IMG/VR virus record: IMGVR_UViG_3300032291_001823
Span: 29,516 to 93,515 of that record
Reading direction: 5' to 3' (one strand)
Length of the DNA stretch: 64,000 nucleotides
From: a virus
In this document: one piece after another, positions 19,701-29,600 of the stretch
Numbering within the stretch: position 1 is the stretch's first letter
How the letters are laid out: each line of letters starts with the position of its first letter
Notes under the pieces: model-generated
The model's input: the letters and a program-made list of their open reading frames with translations, nothing else
Database searches by the model: none
What the model was told of the DNA's origin: nothing
Program-made: the position numbers and the translations under genes

Positions 19701-22700
19701 CTCTGAAGGAGAAAGTTCTCAGATTCTTCAGAAGCATTATTGAATTCTTCAAGCAGTTTGTACAGAAACCTTCTATGAAGGAACAACTGTTTAAAGCAAT
19801 TGACACAGGTAGATTTAAAGAAAGAGTTATTTCAGAGAGCGCAAAGAATGAATTTGCTGAATATAGAGCTGTAGAAGGATTGACAGAAGAGCAAACTCAT
19901 GACTTTGTACAGGATATTACAGCTCGTGTTTTTCAAATAGCATTTGGAACAAACATGTCTTTGTACAATCCTGAGCAAATTACAGCTCCTCAAATATTTG
20001 CAGAAATAAAAGAAAGCTATCAACAAGAAGGAAAATTAGATTTGCTTTCTGAAAATACATGGAGACAACTTATTGGTAAAACTCGTGACTTCCTTCGTAC
20101 GTTCAAAATAGATTTTGATGAAGAGGGTGTTCTTGGTATAAACGATGAGAACTATAATAAGAATGATTATGCTCGTGAGGCATTCTCTACAGACTGGAAA
20201 AAGTCTTCTCCATTTCCTATCAAGTTAATCCTGGGTACATTAACAGAAACTGTACCAACAAGTCAGATAGACACCACTTCTTTGGATCTTCCAAAACAAA
20301 AACTGTCTAGTGTAAATGGATATAAAATTCTAAACTTTGCAAGAACCTTTGCAACAGCTTTGGATAAGTTTGCAAACACCAACAGTGTAACAAAACTTGT
20401 AGACAAACTTATCGAACTGTCTAGATATGACAGTAATTACGTTCGCCTCTTCACTCGTCTGAAGGGAGATAGAAACACTGTATCTATAGACTTCTCAAAG
20501 TTCGAAGAGCAAGACTGGAGACTGTTCATCAACTTCTACCAGACATTTACAAAACAAAAACCTAATGCTGTTATACAATATATAGGTGAAAACAATGAAG
20601 TGTATAATGGTGCAGCTAATCTGTTCAGTGCTGTAGAACAATTTAAACAGGGATGGATTGAGAATGTTAAGACGTTAGCAAATGATAATACATCTCTGAT
20701 ATATTATTATTCTCCAGATAAGACATATAGAACAAAGAAACTGTCTGATATTCCTATTGGTAATCCTCAACAGATGGTTGAGTTTCTTGACAAGCTTGGT
20801 ATAAACTTCCCATTTGAGGTGTATCAAAACCTTAAAGACCCTCAACAAAAAGCTTTTGGAAGAGCTATATCTGCAATACATAAATATGCAAGTGAGAAAG
20901 AGATAGGAAAGGTTACAGGAGAAACACTCACCATAAATGGTCAGCTGAACACTCTTGCAGAACTTTATATAAAAGCCACCAATCCAAATATAGATTCTAC
21001 ATATTTTGGTGTAGATGGTAAACGTCAGCAATCTTATGCTGATAGTAATGCACCTTCTGTATTTGAGAACACGTTTAATGAAATAGAAACACTTGACGAG
21101 CTTCTTTCTGCAAGACCTGAACTTAACGATGTATTCTCTAAGAACAGTTTGATTCTAAAAAAAGGAGGACCATTCTTTGACAAAGATGGTAAACGTACAG
21201 ATAGGAAATTGAAAGTGGGCTACATCCAAGGTACAAAAGATACAGTGGATGATAAAGGAACATCTACATCAAAGCTAGGACTTGGTAGTAGGTTTACACA
21301 AGAGTTTAATCAAAACTTGTCTGGTGACTACTATATTCTTATTCCTGCAGACGGATCTACAGAATGGATGCTCAATCTTGGAAACCAAATAAGTTTTGAA
21401 GATTTTGAAGGAAATGAGGCAAATGATCAAATCCACAAAGTGTTCAGAGGTTATCTGGAAGATGAGATTGAACTTGCCCTGTCTGACAGGTCTTATTTGA
21501 GAAATGTCAAACCTCGTGCAAAAGAACTTCGTTTCTTCAAAGATATTCTTTCTGAAAACCTTTTGACAAACTTAAACAAGTTAATAGAAAAAGGTGACAA
21601 AGAAAAAATCAAAGAGTTCATTGATGAAAATATTTCTGAGATAAATGCAAACATAGACGACTATGTAAATGGTACAGTGGATGATTCAATTAGAGATTTT
21701 AAAAATAATAGTCAGATTTTCCAAATTAATGAGGATGCTTATTCATTCCCATTAATGAATGATAAGTTTGCAAAAGAGCAAGATGTTAATAAATATAACA
21801 TGTCTGAGGATGAGCTGAAGGCATTGTTCAAATTTGCAAACACCAATTACATCATAAACAATATTGAGTTCCATAAGATATTGTTTGGTGATCCTTATCA
21901 GTTTGCAATTAAAGAAAATCAACTGGATGAGACAAAACGTATCAAATCATTCCTCTCTCCAAGAAGAGTGACATTTGATAGCCCTGAGTTTAACACATGG
22001 TTGAATAGTAAGAATAAAGCAGGAGACATTTCTCTCTTACCTGGAGATCCTGGTTACCATGTACATAAAAGTTACACTTCAACAATCACCACTGCTGACG
22101 TAAATATTGTTGGTAGTATTGCTATGATGGAAGGTGTTCCTAAAGATATAAAAGATGCTTATGCCAAAACAAATGAGGCAGATGCAGCATCTATATTGAT
22201 GGACACTACATACAGAGAAATCAAGAATAAGAACGGACAATGGAGTAGGGAAGCTGAAGATTGGCATCAGTGGCAAATGGCTTATACAAGAAACAGGATG
22301 TCTGCCAAAGGATTGTACACTTATACAAATGACAATCTTAAAAAACAAGATGAGAAAACTATATCATCTCCTTCACCTAAACATACATTAGAGATATTGA
22401 AACCTATTGTGACTGGTAGTAAACACAATAAGAACACTATCGATCTTGTGTTGGATAAGTTTTCTCAAATGCCCATGTATTATAGCATGATTGAGGGAAC
22501 CAATCTAGAGAACCTCTATCTGAAGATGATGAAGGAGGACGTAGGATATACAATAATGATAAGTGGTAGAAAGGTTGGAGCTGAAAGTCTTCATAGTTTG
22601 TACAATCAAGATGGCTCATTTAATCAAGAAGCTTTCAATAATCGAATTGAAGTTCCTTGGAAGGCTTATGGTATTCAAGTGGAAACTACAACAGAAGACG

Positions 22701-25700
22701 ATAAGTATCAAACAAGAGGATCTCAGCTTACTAAAATGTCAAGCATGGATCTCTTTAGCAATGGTGAACCTCTTAGTAAAAATCCTGAAAGACAAGCAGT
22801 TATAAGAAAAGCTTATGATAGGAATAAGGATATTCTTGACAAGATGCATGAGAATTCTTATTATGAGCTTCTTAATAAATTAGGAGTTGAAGACCTTGGT
22901 GATAGTTTTAATGTAGTGGATAGGAAGAAACTTTCAGAATCTCTTGAACATGAGATGCTTAGAAGGGAGCTTTCTGACAATGCTATTGATACTGTTAGAA
23001 CTGATGAGAACGGTCAATTCAGAATACCATTTGAATCATCTCCTGCATACACACAGATAAGAAGTCTTATGTTCTCTATGGTGGACAAAGCTCTTGTTTC
23101 TCCAAAGATGAGTGGTGGTGCACACGTACAGGTTCCTGTTACACTCTGGGAATCTGCTACAAAAGGAAGAAGCTTGGCTTATAAAACCAAAGATGGTTGG
23201 AAAAAGATAACCAAAGAGGCATATGATAAGCTAGATGATAATGAGAAGAAGAAGGTGGCTCTTACAGATGACACTCTTAAGTTCTATACAAAGGATGCTC
23301 CGTATTGCGAAGTGATGATTCCTCATTGGTTCAAAGACAAGTTTCCAAAAAACAAATTCAAGACAGATGAAGATATTCTTAACTATCTGAATAATACAGA
23401 AGAGGGTAGGAAGATTCTTACAGGTATAGGATTTCGTATTCCTACACAGGCAACAAGTTCTGTTGAGGTGTTTAGGGTGAAAGGGTTTCTTCCAAAATAT
23501 ATGGGAGCAACAGTTATTGTACCTTCTGAAATCACCACTAAGTCTGGATCTGACTTTGATATTGATAAACTCAATATGTACCTGAAGTCTGTATACGTGA
23601 ATGCAAGAGGTGAGGTTAAGTTGATAAAATATCTAGGATCTGAAGGAAAAACAAAAGAATTCTTTAGAGGTGAGTTTGATAGGATTCTTGAAGGTAAAGC
23701 AGTTAAGAAAGCTGAACTACTTGAGGCAGTTGATATTCTTGCATACAATTTAGCAGATCCGAAAAACCTTCTTAAGAGGTATGATGGTATTTTGAATGTA
23801 CTTTTAGAAGAGTATAACGATATTTCTGATTTGGCAGATTCTCTTATGAAGGATTTGGAAAAACTTGGAGATGAGTCTGTTCAAGCTGATCTTAAAGAAA
23901 AGTTTGTAAACCAAGCATATAAGCAATCCCTTGAGAATGAATATTACGAATCTCTTGAAGAATTGCTCACTCTTCCTGAAGTGTTCCAAAGATTAATATC
24001 TCCTGTAAGTGATGGTGGTCTTAAGAAACTGTCTGAAAGACTGGATGAATTAACAGGTTTTGACGAGAGTAAGATTAAGAACAGGCTTCTTAACAGAAGC
24101 TATATGACTGCTCTCAGACATGCTTTTGTATCTGCAAAGAAATGGGTGGGTATTGCTGCTGTTAATATTACAGGACACTCATTGTTCCAGAAGTCTCAAA
24201 TATATCTTGACCCAGAAAGATTTGCATTTTTACCAAAGAGAGACAAAGAACTTCTTGGAGATGGTTCAGTTGTTCTCCCTCACAACACTGTTGTTGTAAA
24301 TGGAAAGACATACGTATCAATGTCTGGAGCAAAGACTGAAGATGGAACACAATACATATCTGATAGATTGTCTGGATATGGTACATCCTTTGTGGATGTT
24401 GCAAAAGATCCATACATCATGAAGATTATAAAGAGTGAATTGGTTGTTGGTACATTTATGTATCTTGAGAGAATTGGTGTAGGTGAGAAAGCTGCAATGT
24501 TCTTGAATCAACCAATCATTGCTAAATACCTTAGCCATCTGGACAGCATTGGTTATAAAAACCTATTCAACAAAGGTAATATAACTAATGCCCTGGAATC
24601 TTTTCCTTCAAAAGGAGAAACATTTAGGGCAGCAGGTATAGATGTAAATTCTCTTGGGAGTAATATTGAGAAGTATTACAAAAATGGTGGTAAGTTTGAC
24701 ACAGACATAGACAATGCTGTTCAGCAAAAGATATTCTTTGAGTTCTTGAAATATGCTAAAATGGCTGAGTTCAGTTTCAACCTCACTCAAGGATATAACT
24801 ACGACACTACTAGATTTGGTAGTGGTGACGCTCTATTCAGAAAACAAGTAAAAACCCAGAAAGCAAGAGATAAAAATATATTCTCTTCTATAGATAAGGT
24901 TTTTGATACATCATTTATTGGTGAGCAAGCTTTTTTAATTGACAAATCTACAGAAGCATTAGGAGAATATCTAAAGCTTGAAAATCCAAAACTGAGAATA
25001 ATAAGCGACAGTGTTCTAAGACCGTTTGCTGAAAACCAGTATTTGTCAGCTGACGATTATGAAAGGATAGGAAACAGGATTACATCATCTTTCCTAGACT
25101 TCATAATCCAAACCAAGACAACGCTAAGTGATGAAATAAAAGAACTATTGGTAGATCCTGCTACAGCTGTAGCTACACAACTTGCTGAAGCTCAGGCTAA
25201 GTTTCCTGAAAACAAGTTGTTGAATGAACTGCAGGTGGTTAGTTCTGATAGGTTTGATGGAGCAAAAAGCATCAAGCTTAGGACAAATGATAAGTCTGCA
25301 TACAGTGAAAATCTCTACCAAGGAATGTTCAGACAACTCAGAGACACTCCTGAGACAAATGCTTTATATAATAATATTGTAAAGCTGGCTATTCTTCAAG
25401 GAACCTATCAGAGTGCAATATCAATAAGGAATGTAATTCCTATTGAAGACTTTAGTAAAACAATTGCTCCAGTTATTGCAAATCTTGTAGCCACTCCTGA
25501 AATAGAAGCATTTGCAAAAGGAGCATTCCAAAGAAACAATTGGAAGAACCAAGATGTATGGAGAACAATTTCTCCTAAGTTTTTTGTAAACGATGAACCT
25601 ATTGGACAAGTTGAGACGTACAGTGGTGATGTTATTGACATCTATCAATACAACTCTCCTGCATTTCCAAATGTTGCAAATCTGAATATAAAAAGTGAAG

Positions 25701-26629
25701 ATAGAAAAATCCTTACACTGAATGAGGCTTATAACTATCTCGATGTACAAAGAGACTTCCTTTTAGTTCCTGCTGTTGTTACAGATAGAAAGACTGGTGA
25801 TATGATTGACGTTGAGTCAGGAACCACTATGGCAAAATCAATGATTGCTCAAATGAAAGCAAAAGGTGATATGTCATACAAGGATGTATATGGTTATCAG
25901 AAGGTGAGATATGATAATGGAGATCCTGTTCTTACATATGATAAGGATGGAAATGCAATACACATTTACAAACTTATCAATCTATATGGAGATGGAGTGT
26001 TTGCTTCTGAGTATTATAGTGTAAACAAACCTTCTGTGTTCAACAATGGTACAAAGAAGATTGATAATGAGATTCCTAACGCAGACATTATTAACTACTT
26101 TGCTCCAAGAACAACAGATCCTAAACCAATAGCTCCTACTCCTATAGAACCTAAACCTGCTGAAGAACCTAAGAAGAAAGAACTATTCACTCCAGAGAAA
26201 GGAATTGCTCAGAAATCATTCAGAGGCAAGCCGTTGAACTTTGTAGACAAGATTCCTACACAAAAGGAAACAGTTGTTGCAATGCAGAACAATAGACAAA
26301 CTGGTGTAATCACTATAGATTATAAAGCCATGGTTCAAAAGTTTGACGATAAGGCATGGACTAAACCAGCTAAGCAACTCGATGGATCTTTTGCTACACC
26401 TTTAGCTGAAGATGCATTTAAAAGTGCAGAGGAATGGTTTACCTTTGCATTGATTCATGAAGTGAAGCATGATACAATTTTTAAAGAACCAGGAGAGACA
26501 ACAGGACAATACGAGGATAGGATTAATCAAGCTGCTATGAAAGACCTTGAGGAAAACTATACAAAACCTCCAGTTGTAGATAATTTTCCTGACAAGAATT
26601 TGAATGTTAAAGATCAAAAATGTAACTAA
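13733..26629 (+). CDS. virion-packaged RNA polymerase polyprotein (phi14:2 gp66-like two-barrel RNAP) with zincin-like domains
   Basis: 4298 aa. GFRIPTQ (~23430) and GSDFDIDKL (Asp triad 23552-23566) catalytic motifs. Hydrophobic Gly/Ala-rich N-terminal region. HEIGE (19487) and HEVKH (26456) zincin-like motifs. Confidence 0.9.
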   Translation: MAIFKEELITNTPLEGDPIPQLALGTPQLSAMPTLPNIEVSGGSVNKSIEGLDSSQLSKLAKLPGQGGGANLIPLSEVAANKRYNTYVRGMDLENIYGMQQSAWAQLGNSAVKMAGLAAGTFAQSFATIPNTISAFKNGTAALSGGPDSYEAAIDDWTKNLEDYFPNYYTRKEKENPYLAIVPFMPGSANFWGDKIIKNLGFTAGAIGGALVQDAIIGAATEGIGAAPLVASQLGKASLWLNKLYAGSTKVDKVLDLAKTVGKTEQQILNIKRLGEIAAGTKVTNGFRYGMGIYGSSRTEAAIEARDGYRQVKDELIKEYKSQNPGKEPISSDLEEIEKYATDAMNTRFGINMALLTVSNAVQFGNLFKSFTSAQKGISGQLTRDIDEVGKIGLKEGSLDLFERKGAQTLSGKIWESVQPKLPNILSEGVYEEGGQYAAEKGTYDYFTRKYKNLSNPLYKDNWSTTVEAVNSTVKGLKDQFGTDEGLENMIVGAISAMISGGIMSKIDTVRGQGSDERLQSSINILNQYGLTGVLSSNFENTLNSAGIAKEMDEAVKANDVFKYKNLKNDMFINFVQSRIPSGMHEVTIEQLRMLKDLDKAEFEKSFGMDFNSSNKSTVNEYVDSLIDEANQIKKISDSIDFTFKNPFKKIDNPTTTEEGIETSRFNDFNKWKAELTFLAAKIPHVNNRLDSIQQSVNSISPIVTNDLLSQLTNKESLKDLSTSYEEKANQLNKTITEFTSIQDKKRINNQVKALRTASERINLGLTNGVDGKLFDYLLNFELNNQDPTASRQVGPENTTDLFTYGHDINRLNSLKDDVSELYDNLTGEKGFNKFMDQGEQLRSGAIPEEEDKEEKEIVVKEGPQFTNKAGVKETFEEGREYQIPAGKKAKIDKIADDRWQVTAPDGNITFYESEEKAKEQVDSINEEFGNLQKAKVIAINPDGTLKVEDINGDIYNVDPSKFEGYEKVETEQEKLQKFKQDVEEDQKDIEHTSGTIASKENTAKTKAEFDVESKKKGIEWLFISTSGASEDWESGKLSPSQQRAITLRNNYRNLPNRNNLRIILVTQNQENSLGLSGLTAMSMANTGVDSSTYTDLNDGFVGAVYVEQDGADVYFVDKSGKKLGKVGDPVDINQVVFDTMPTTSLTWSDKENRYRAGDEDKAQEYSDRWKAKRNQLFNTPEGKYEIYKFSVSPGIPDIANLSDNNTVGETLIPENEIVYQEGLVVIPTTGNIQHQGRNLKFPDGVPVFQYRDVLTFLKTRKFTKAEARTIFEVMKKMSEDIKQKLDQGKKIKSNKKYTRFLQNVLYWRKSPKTDKNQIFIDYDTMDFFFGGKRYDLTNLGASEAEIIDQLENLYANINNDSLTKNFSEKFNEYYIDESKNLATRTWDNYQSYLLSSKYPDGSNRSVVDIPLTTPIQKPTELKPFNFKQKYSILEGVELPSIEVKPVVKPEAPTAPAPSGKKIGDYTVDGVTQNVYQLKNGPVGFTATIKDGEVFVEVESNDTIKKITDNKDALNNTIIPLLKAEKKFDATEKDEQHVLGFVSLKIANDLQKQLNASVAPTTAAVLQPDVSPLAQVQGTARTEPLTTAVSTDAKTDIEETGNQLQVIQMMTLRIKSLSKEERALMDKYYDVLNAEGLRNGKELSELYYKVKKDGSNPELVKKVDEFLSEVKKLQAAPAVTDVKPTTQFTQSFGAFTVYEGSDGSYDVQDNTGEGIIAEYVKTKEEAILIAKRADIEKRKQEEIKQKAPYVLIKGSYEGENKTIGTLTFKSNVDNIYAYDEGSTNISKDALRGDKRLSKITKEQYDAAIKAPELIKEIEAEYNAKLDVLEGIKPTAPTNFGGTKPPPNTEYRRVGADGIERISSEELELFKAWAAEKVPTIPYTVMENVLTTHDGEKAWGAFENGVAKFYRSAARGTEYHEIGEAVWNGMLSPEERQAILDEERQKSGKFKDRQSGKTYSYDDPNVTDQMLKERIMDDFAEFRLGKLPARSLKEKVLRFFRSIIEFFKQFVQKPSMKEQLFKAIDTGRFKERVISESAKNEFAEYRAVEGLTEEQTHDFVQDITARVFQIAFGTNMSLYNPEQITAPQIFAEIKESYQQEGKLDLLSENTWRQLIGKTRDFLRTFKIDFDEEGVLGINDENYNKNDYAREAFSTDWKKSSPFPIKLILGTLTETVPTSQIDTTSLDLPKQKLSSVNGYKILNFARTFATALDKFANTNSVTKLVDKLIELSRYDSNYVRLFTRLKGDRNTVSIDFSKFEEQDWRLFINFYQTFTKQKPNAVIQYIGENNEVYNGAANLFSAVEQFKQGWIENVKTLANDNTSLIYYYSPDKTYRTKKLSDIPIGNPQQMVEFLDKLGINFPFEVYQNLKDPQQKAFGRAISAIHKYASEKEIGKVTGETLTINGQLNTLAELYIKATNPNIDSTYFGVDGKRQQSYADSNAPSVFENTFNEIETLDELLSARPELNDVFSKNSLILKKGGPFFDKDGKRTDRKLKVGYIQGTKDTVDDKGTSTSKLGLGSRFTQEFNQNLSGDYYILIPADGSTEWMLNLGNQISFEDFEGNEANDQIHKVFRGYLEDEIELALSDRSYLRNVKPRAKELRFFKDILSENLLTNLNKLIEKGDKEKIKEFIDENISEINANIDDYVNGTVDDSIRDFKNNSQIFQINEDAYSFPLMNDKFAKEQDVNKYNMSEDELKALFKFANTNYIINNIEFHKILFGDPYQFAIKENQLDETKRIKSFLSPRRVTFDSPEFNTWLNSKNKAGDISLLPGDPGYHVHKSYTSTITTADVNIVGSIAMMEGVPKDIKDAYAKTNEADAASILMDTTYREIKNKNGQWSREAEDWHQWQMAYTRNRMSAKGLYTYTNDNLKKQDEKTISSPSPKHTLEILKPIVTGSKHNKNTIDLVLDKFSQMPMYYSMIEGTNLENLYLKMMKEDVGYTIMISGRKVGAESLHSLYNQDGSFNQEAFNNRIEVPWKAYGIQVETTTEDDKYQTRGSQLTKMSSMDLFSNGEPLSKNPERQAVIRKAYDRNKDILDKMHENSYYELLNKLGVEDLGDSFNVVDRKKLSESLEHEMLRRELSDNAIDTVRTDENGQFRIPFESSPAYTQIRSLMFSMVDKALVSPKMSGGAHVQVPVTLWESATKGRSLAYKTKDGWKKITKEAYDKLDDNEKKKVALTDDTLKFYTKDAPYCEVMIPHWFKDKFPKNKFKTDEDILNYLNNTEEGRKILTGIGFRIPTQATSSVEVFRVKGFLPKYMGATVIVPSEITTKSGSDFDIDKLNMYLKSVYVNARGEVKLIKYLGSEGKTKEFFRGEFDRILEGKAVKKAELLEAVDILAYNLADPKNLLKRYDGILNVLLEEYNDISDLADSLMKDLEKLGDESVQADLKEKFVNQAYKQSLENEYYESLEELLTLPEVFQRLISPVSDGGLKKLSERLDELTGFDESKIKNRLLNRSYMTALRHAFVSAKKWVGIAAVNITGHSLFQKSQIYLDPERFAFLPKRDKELLGDGSVVLPHNTVVVNGKTYVSMSGAKTEDGTQYISDRLSGYGTSFVDVAKDPYIMKIIKSELVVGTFMYLERIGVGEKAAMFLNQPIIAKYLSHLDSIGYKNLFNKGNITNALESFPSKGETFRAAGIDVNSLGSNIEKYYKNGGKFDTDIDNAVQQKIFFEFLKYAKMAEFSFNLTQGYNYDTTRFGSGDALFRKQVKTQKARDKNIFSSIDKVFDTSFIGEQAFLIDKSTEALGEYLKLENPKLRIISDSVLRPFAENQYLSADDYERIGNRITSSFLDFIIQTKTTLSDEIKELLVDPATAVATQLAEAQAKFPENKLLNELQVVSSDRFDGAKSIKLRTNDKSAYSENLYQGMFRQLRDTPETNALYNNIVKLAILQGTYQSAISIRNVIPIEDFSKTIAPVIANLVATPEIEAFAKGAFQRNNWKNQDVWRTISPKFFVNDEPIGQVETYSGDVIDIYQYNSPAFPNVANLNIKSEDRKILTLNEAYNYLDVQRDFLLVPAVVTDRKTGDMIDVESGTTMAKSMIAQMKAKGDMSYKDVYGYQKVRYDNGDPVLTYDKDGNAIHIYKLINLYGDGVFASEYYSVNKPSVFNNGTKKIDNEIPNADIINYFAPRTTDPKPIAPTPIEPKPAEEPKKKELFTPEKGIAQKSFRGKPLNFVDKIPTQKETVVAMQNNRQTGVITIDYKAMVQKFDDKAWTKPAKQLDGSFATPLAEDAFKSAEEWFTFALIHEVKHDTIFKEPGETTGQYEDRINQAAMKDLEENYTKPPVVDNFPDKNLNVKDQKCN

Positions 26630-29600
26630 TGGCTTGTAGATTAGATGTTAGAAAAGCAATATTAGACAATGCCTTTGATGAAGCTTTTGAGGGTAGGTAT
26701 ACATTTACACGTATGTCAGACGACACTGTCAGAATAAATGGTCAAGTGGATGCTGCACAAACAAAGGCTTTAAGTAGGAACCAGGCTATTAACATAGCTA
26801 ATCAAAAACTAGAGTCAATCAAGAAATCATTCAATAATGCAATAACTGGATATGTTACAAACAGATCTGAGTATGATCCAGTTACAATTACATTAAACGT
26901 TAATCCAGCATACATTGAATATGAATATAGGAAACTACCATTAGATAAACAAACTGATCCTGCAGATAGAATGTTTCAGCTTCCAGGAACAGAACTATCA
27001 AAAGCTTCTCCTGAGACAATCAAACGTATTAAAGAACTCCTCAATAGGATAGGTGTTGATTATCAAGTTGTTAGCAAGATAGCTGTCAATGGTAAAATAA
27101 TTGGTGCAAACGGTGTTGCTGATATAACACAGAAGCTTATTCAAGTGGTGAATGGTAAAGAAGCAACAGCGCTTCCTGAGGAAGCTATGCACTTTGTTGT
27201 AGAAATCATCCAACAAACAGATCCTAAACTCTTCAGCACTCTTCTGAAGGAGATTAATGGATATAGGATGATGAAGGATGTATTTGCCACATACAGCAGC
27301 GATCCCAACTACCAAACAAAAGAAGGTAAACCTGATGTAATAAAACTCAAGAAAGAGGCTATTGCAAAGGTGCTTGCTGAAACAGTTATAAATAAGTCAG
27401 AAGGATCTATAGAAAATCCAGAGAATGTTGCTAAGGTGGAGAGTTGGTGGCAGAAAATAGTTAACTATCTAAAAGGATTGTTTAATAAGAGTGGGTTTGA
27501 CACAGCAGCAATGAAGATTATCTCTGGAGAAGAAATTGGAAGTGTAGATGATGTTAGAAATAAAGAAGCACAGATATACCTACAGAAAGGTACTAGAGAT
27601 TCTATATATGAAAAGCTTAAAGACATTTCTTCAAAGATTGAAAAAAAGGACGACGGATATTATATAGATGGTAAGAAGGTGCCTAGAAGGGTAACTGATC
27701 TTGTAAAAGATTGGTATGAGAGAAGGTTTAAAGCTAAAGATCTTACAAAGAATGAATATCAAACGGCTTTGTTTGATTTAAAGGCAGAGAAGGGAACAGC
27801 TGGTCATGCTGATCTTGAATATGCTTTTACTGTATTTGTAAACGAAGATGGATATTTAAGAACCACTCCACTTGATGATAGTGGATATGTTTCCCAGCTC
27901 AATCCAGATAATAGGGATATGTACGAGCTTTTGAGAGATAACTTAAAAGAACGTCTCAACTCTTTTCCTAAAGAGAATGGAGGAACAAGATTCTTGTCTG
28001 AAATAATGACGTATGATGCTAAACGTGGACTTGCTGGTACAATAGATTTCTTGGCAATTGAACCTGATGGTAAAACTAACATCCTGGACTGGAAGTTCAT
28101 GGATTTGAATGTTGACAAATATACAGATGTTCCTTGGTATAAGGTGAATGCTTGGAGACAGCAAATGGAGCAATACAAACTCTTGTTGGAGAAAGTTTAT
28201 GGGGTTAAACCACAAGACTTTAAGCAGACAAGAATGATTCCAATCAAGGCTAAATATGTTGGTGGAAATGTTAAAGAAGGAATCTTACCTACACTTTCAG
28301 GTATACAGATTGGAGATGTTAACGTAAAAAATGTTAAGGAGGATTACTTATTACCTGTAGGACTAGAAGGTGAAAAAACAGGAAACAAAAAGATTGATGC
28401 TCTCCTGGAAAAACTAAATGCTGTATACAAAAAGATGTCTGAAAAGAAAGCTCTTCCTAGTGAGAAGCTTAATAAGGCTGAGCAATTGAATGCTCTCTTT
28501 TCTGCTATTAGGCAGCTTCAGATTAAACAAAACATCAAACCTTTGTTGTATCAAGCAAAGGTGTTAAATAAACAACTGAATAAACTTCTTGAGCAATACC
28601 AAACAAACTGGAAAGGAAAAGATGTCAAATCTTTCTCTCAAGAACAAATCAGCGCTTTCTATGATGAATTGGAAAATGCATACAATTCAATATCACATTA
28701 CACTACATTAGATACAGAACTTAAGTTTCTATTCCAAGGAGAACTGTCTGAAGAAGATAAAGCACTTAGAGAAGACTTAAGAGATACAGTTGATGATGCA
28801 AGAGGTATATTATCAGAACTATCTGAAGTGTCAGGAGAGTTTGTAGAAGACTTTGTAGCTGGATCTGAAGGAGTAGAGAACTTCCTCACTCCTGAGAAGG
28901 TGATAAAGGGTATAACAAAATGGTTTTCTTCTACAGCTACAATTCCATTAAAAGCTTTGGAGGTGCTGTATAAAAAAGCAAATAGAGCATTTACATATGC
29001 TGCTCAAGATACAATTGTTGAAACCAAAAAACTCACGAACATCAAATCTAAATATGATGAGTGGGCAAAAGGTAAAGGGTTGTCATCTAAAAACTATTTC
29101 AGCTTTATAAAGAAAGAAAAGTCAAATGAGCTTATAGATGAGTTTAATCCAGAATTCTATAAAACTCTCAGAACAAAGATTGGTGAGAAGGACATTCAGT
29201 GGATTAAGAACAATATAAATGTTGCAGAATATACAGACTTTCTTAAAGAAAAACTGAAAGAAGATTTACAACGTATCCAAGATAAAGCAAGGGTGGGAAC
29301 TGATGAGGAAATACAGAAAGAGATAAAAAGAGAAATTGCACAAACTAAATCTTTATACGACACATCTACAATAGATTCAGCTGGATGGTATAACTATGAC
29401 CTACTTAAAAAGTTTCCTGACAGAACTACTTGGGAATCAAATGAATGGAAACAACTTAATAAGACTGAGAACAAACCAGCTCTTGATTTCTATAATTATA
29501 TTAAAGAAAGGAACGAATACTATCAGGAGATAGGATATATCAGTAAGGCTGAGGCTAGGGTGTTTCTACCTTTTGTTCGTAAAGGACTTATGGAGAAACT

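Noticed and set aside
13733-26629. Intein or intron in the RNAP (also checked in nrdJ and recA)
   Set aside because: The ORFs are continuous, and I saw no C/S...HN-C/S/T splice motifs or LAGLIDADG blocks.
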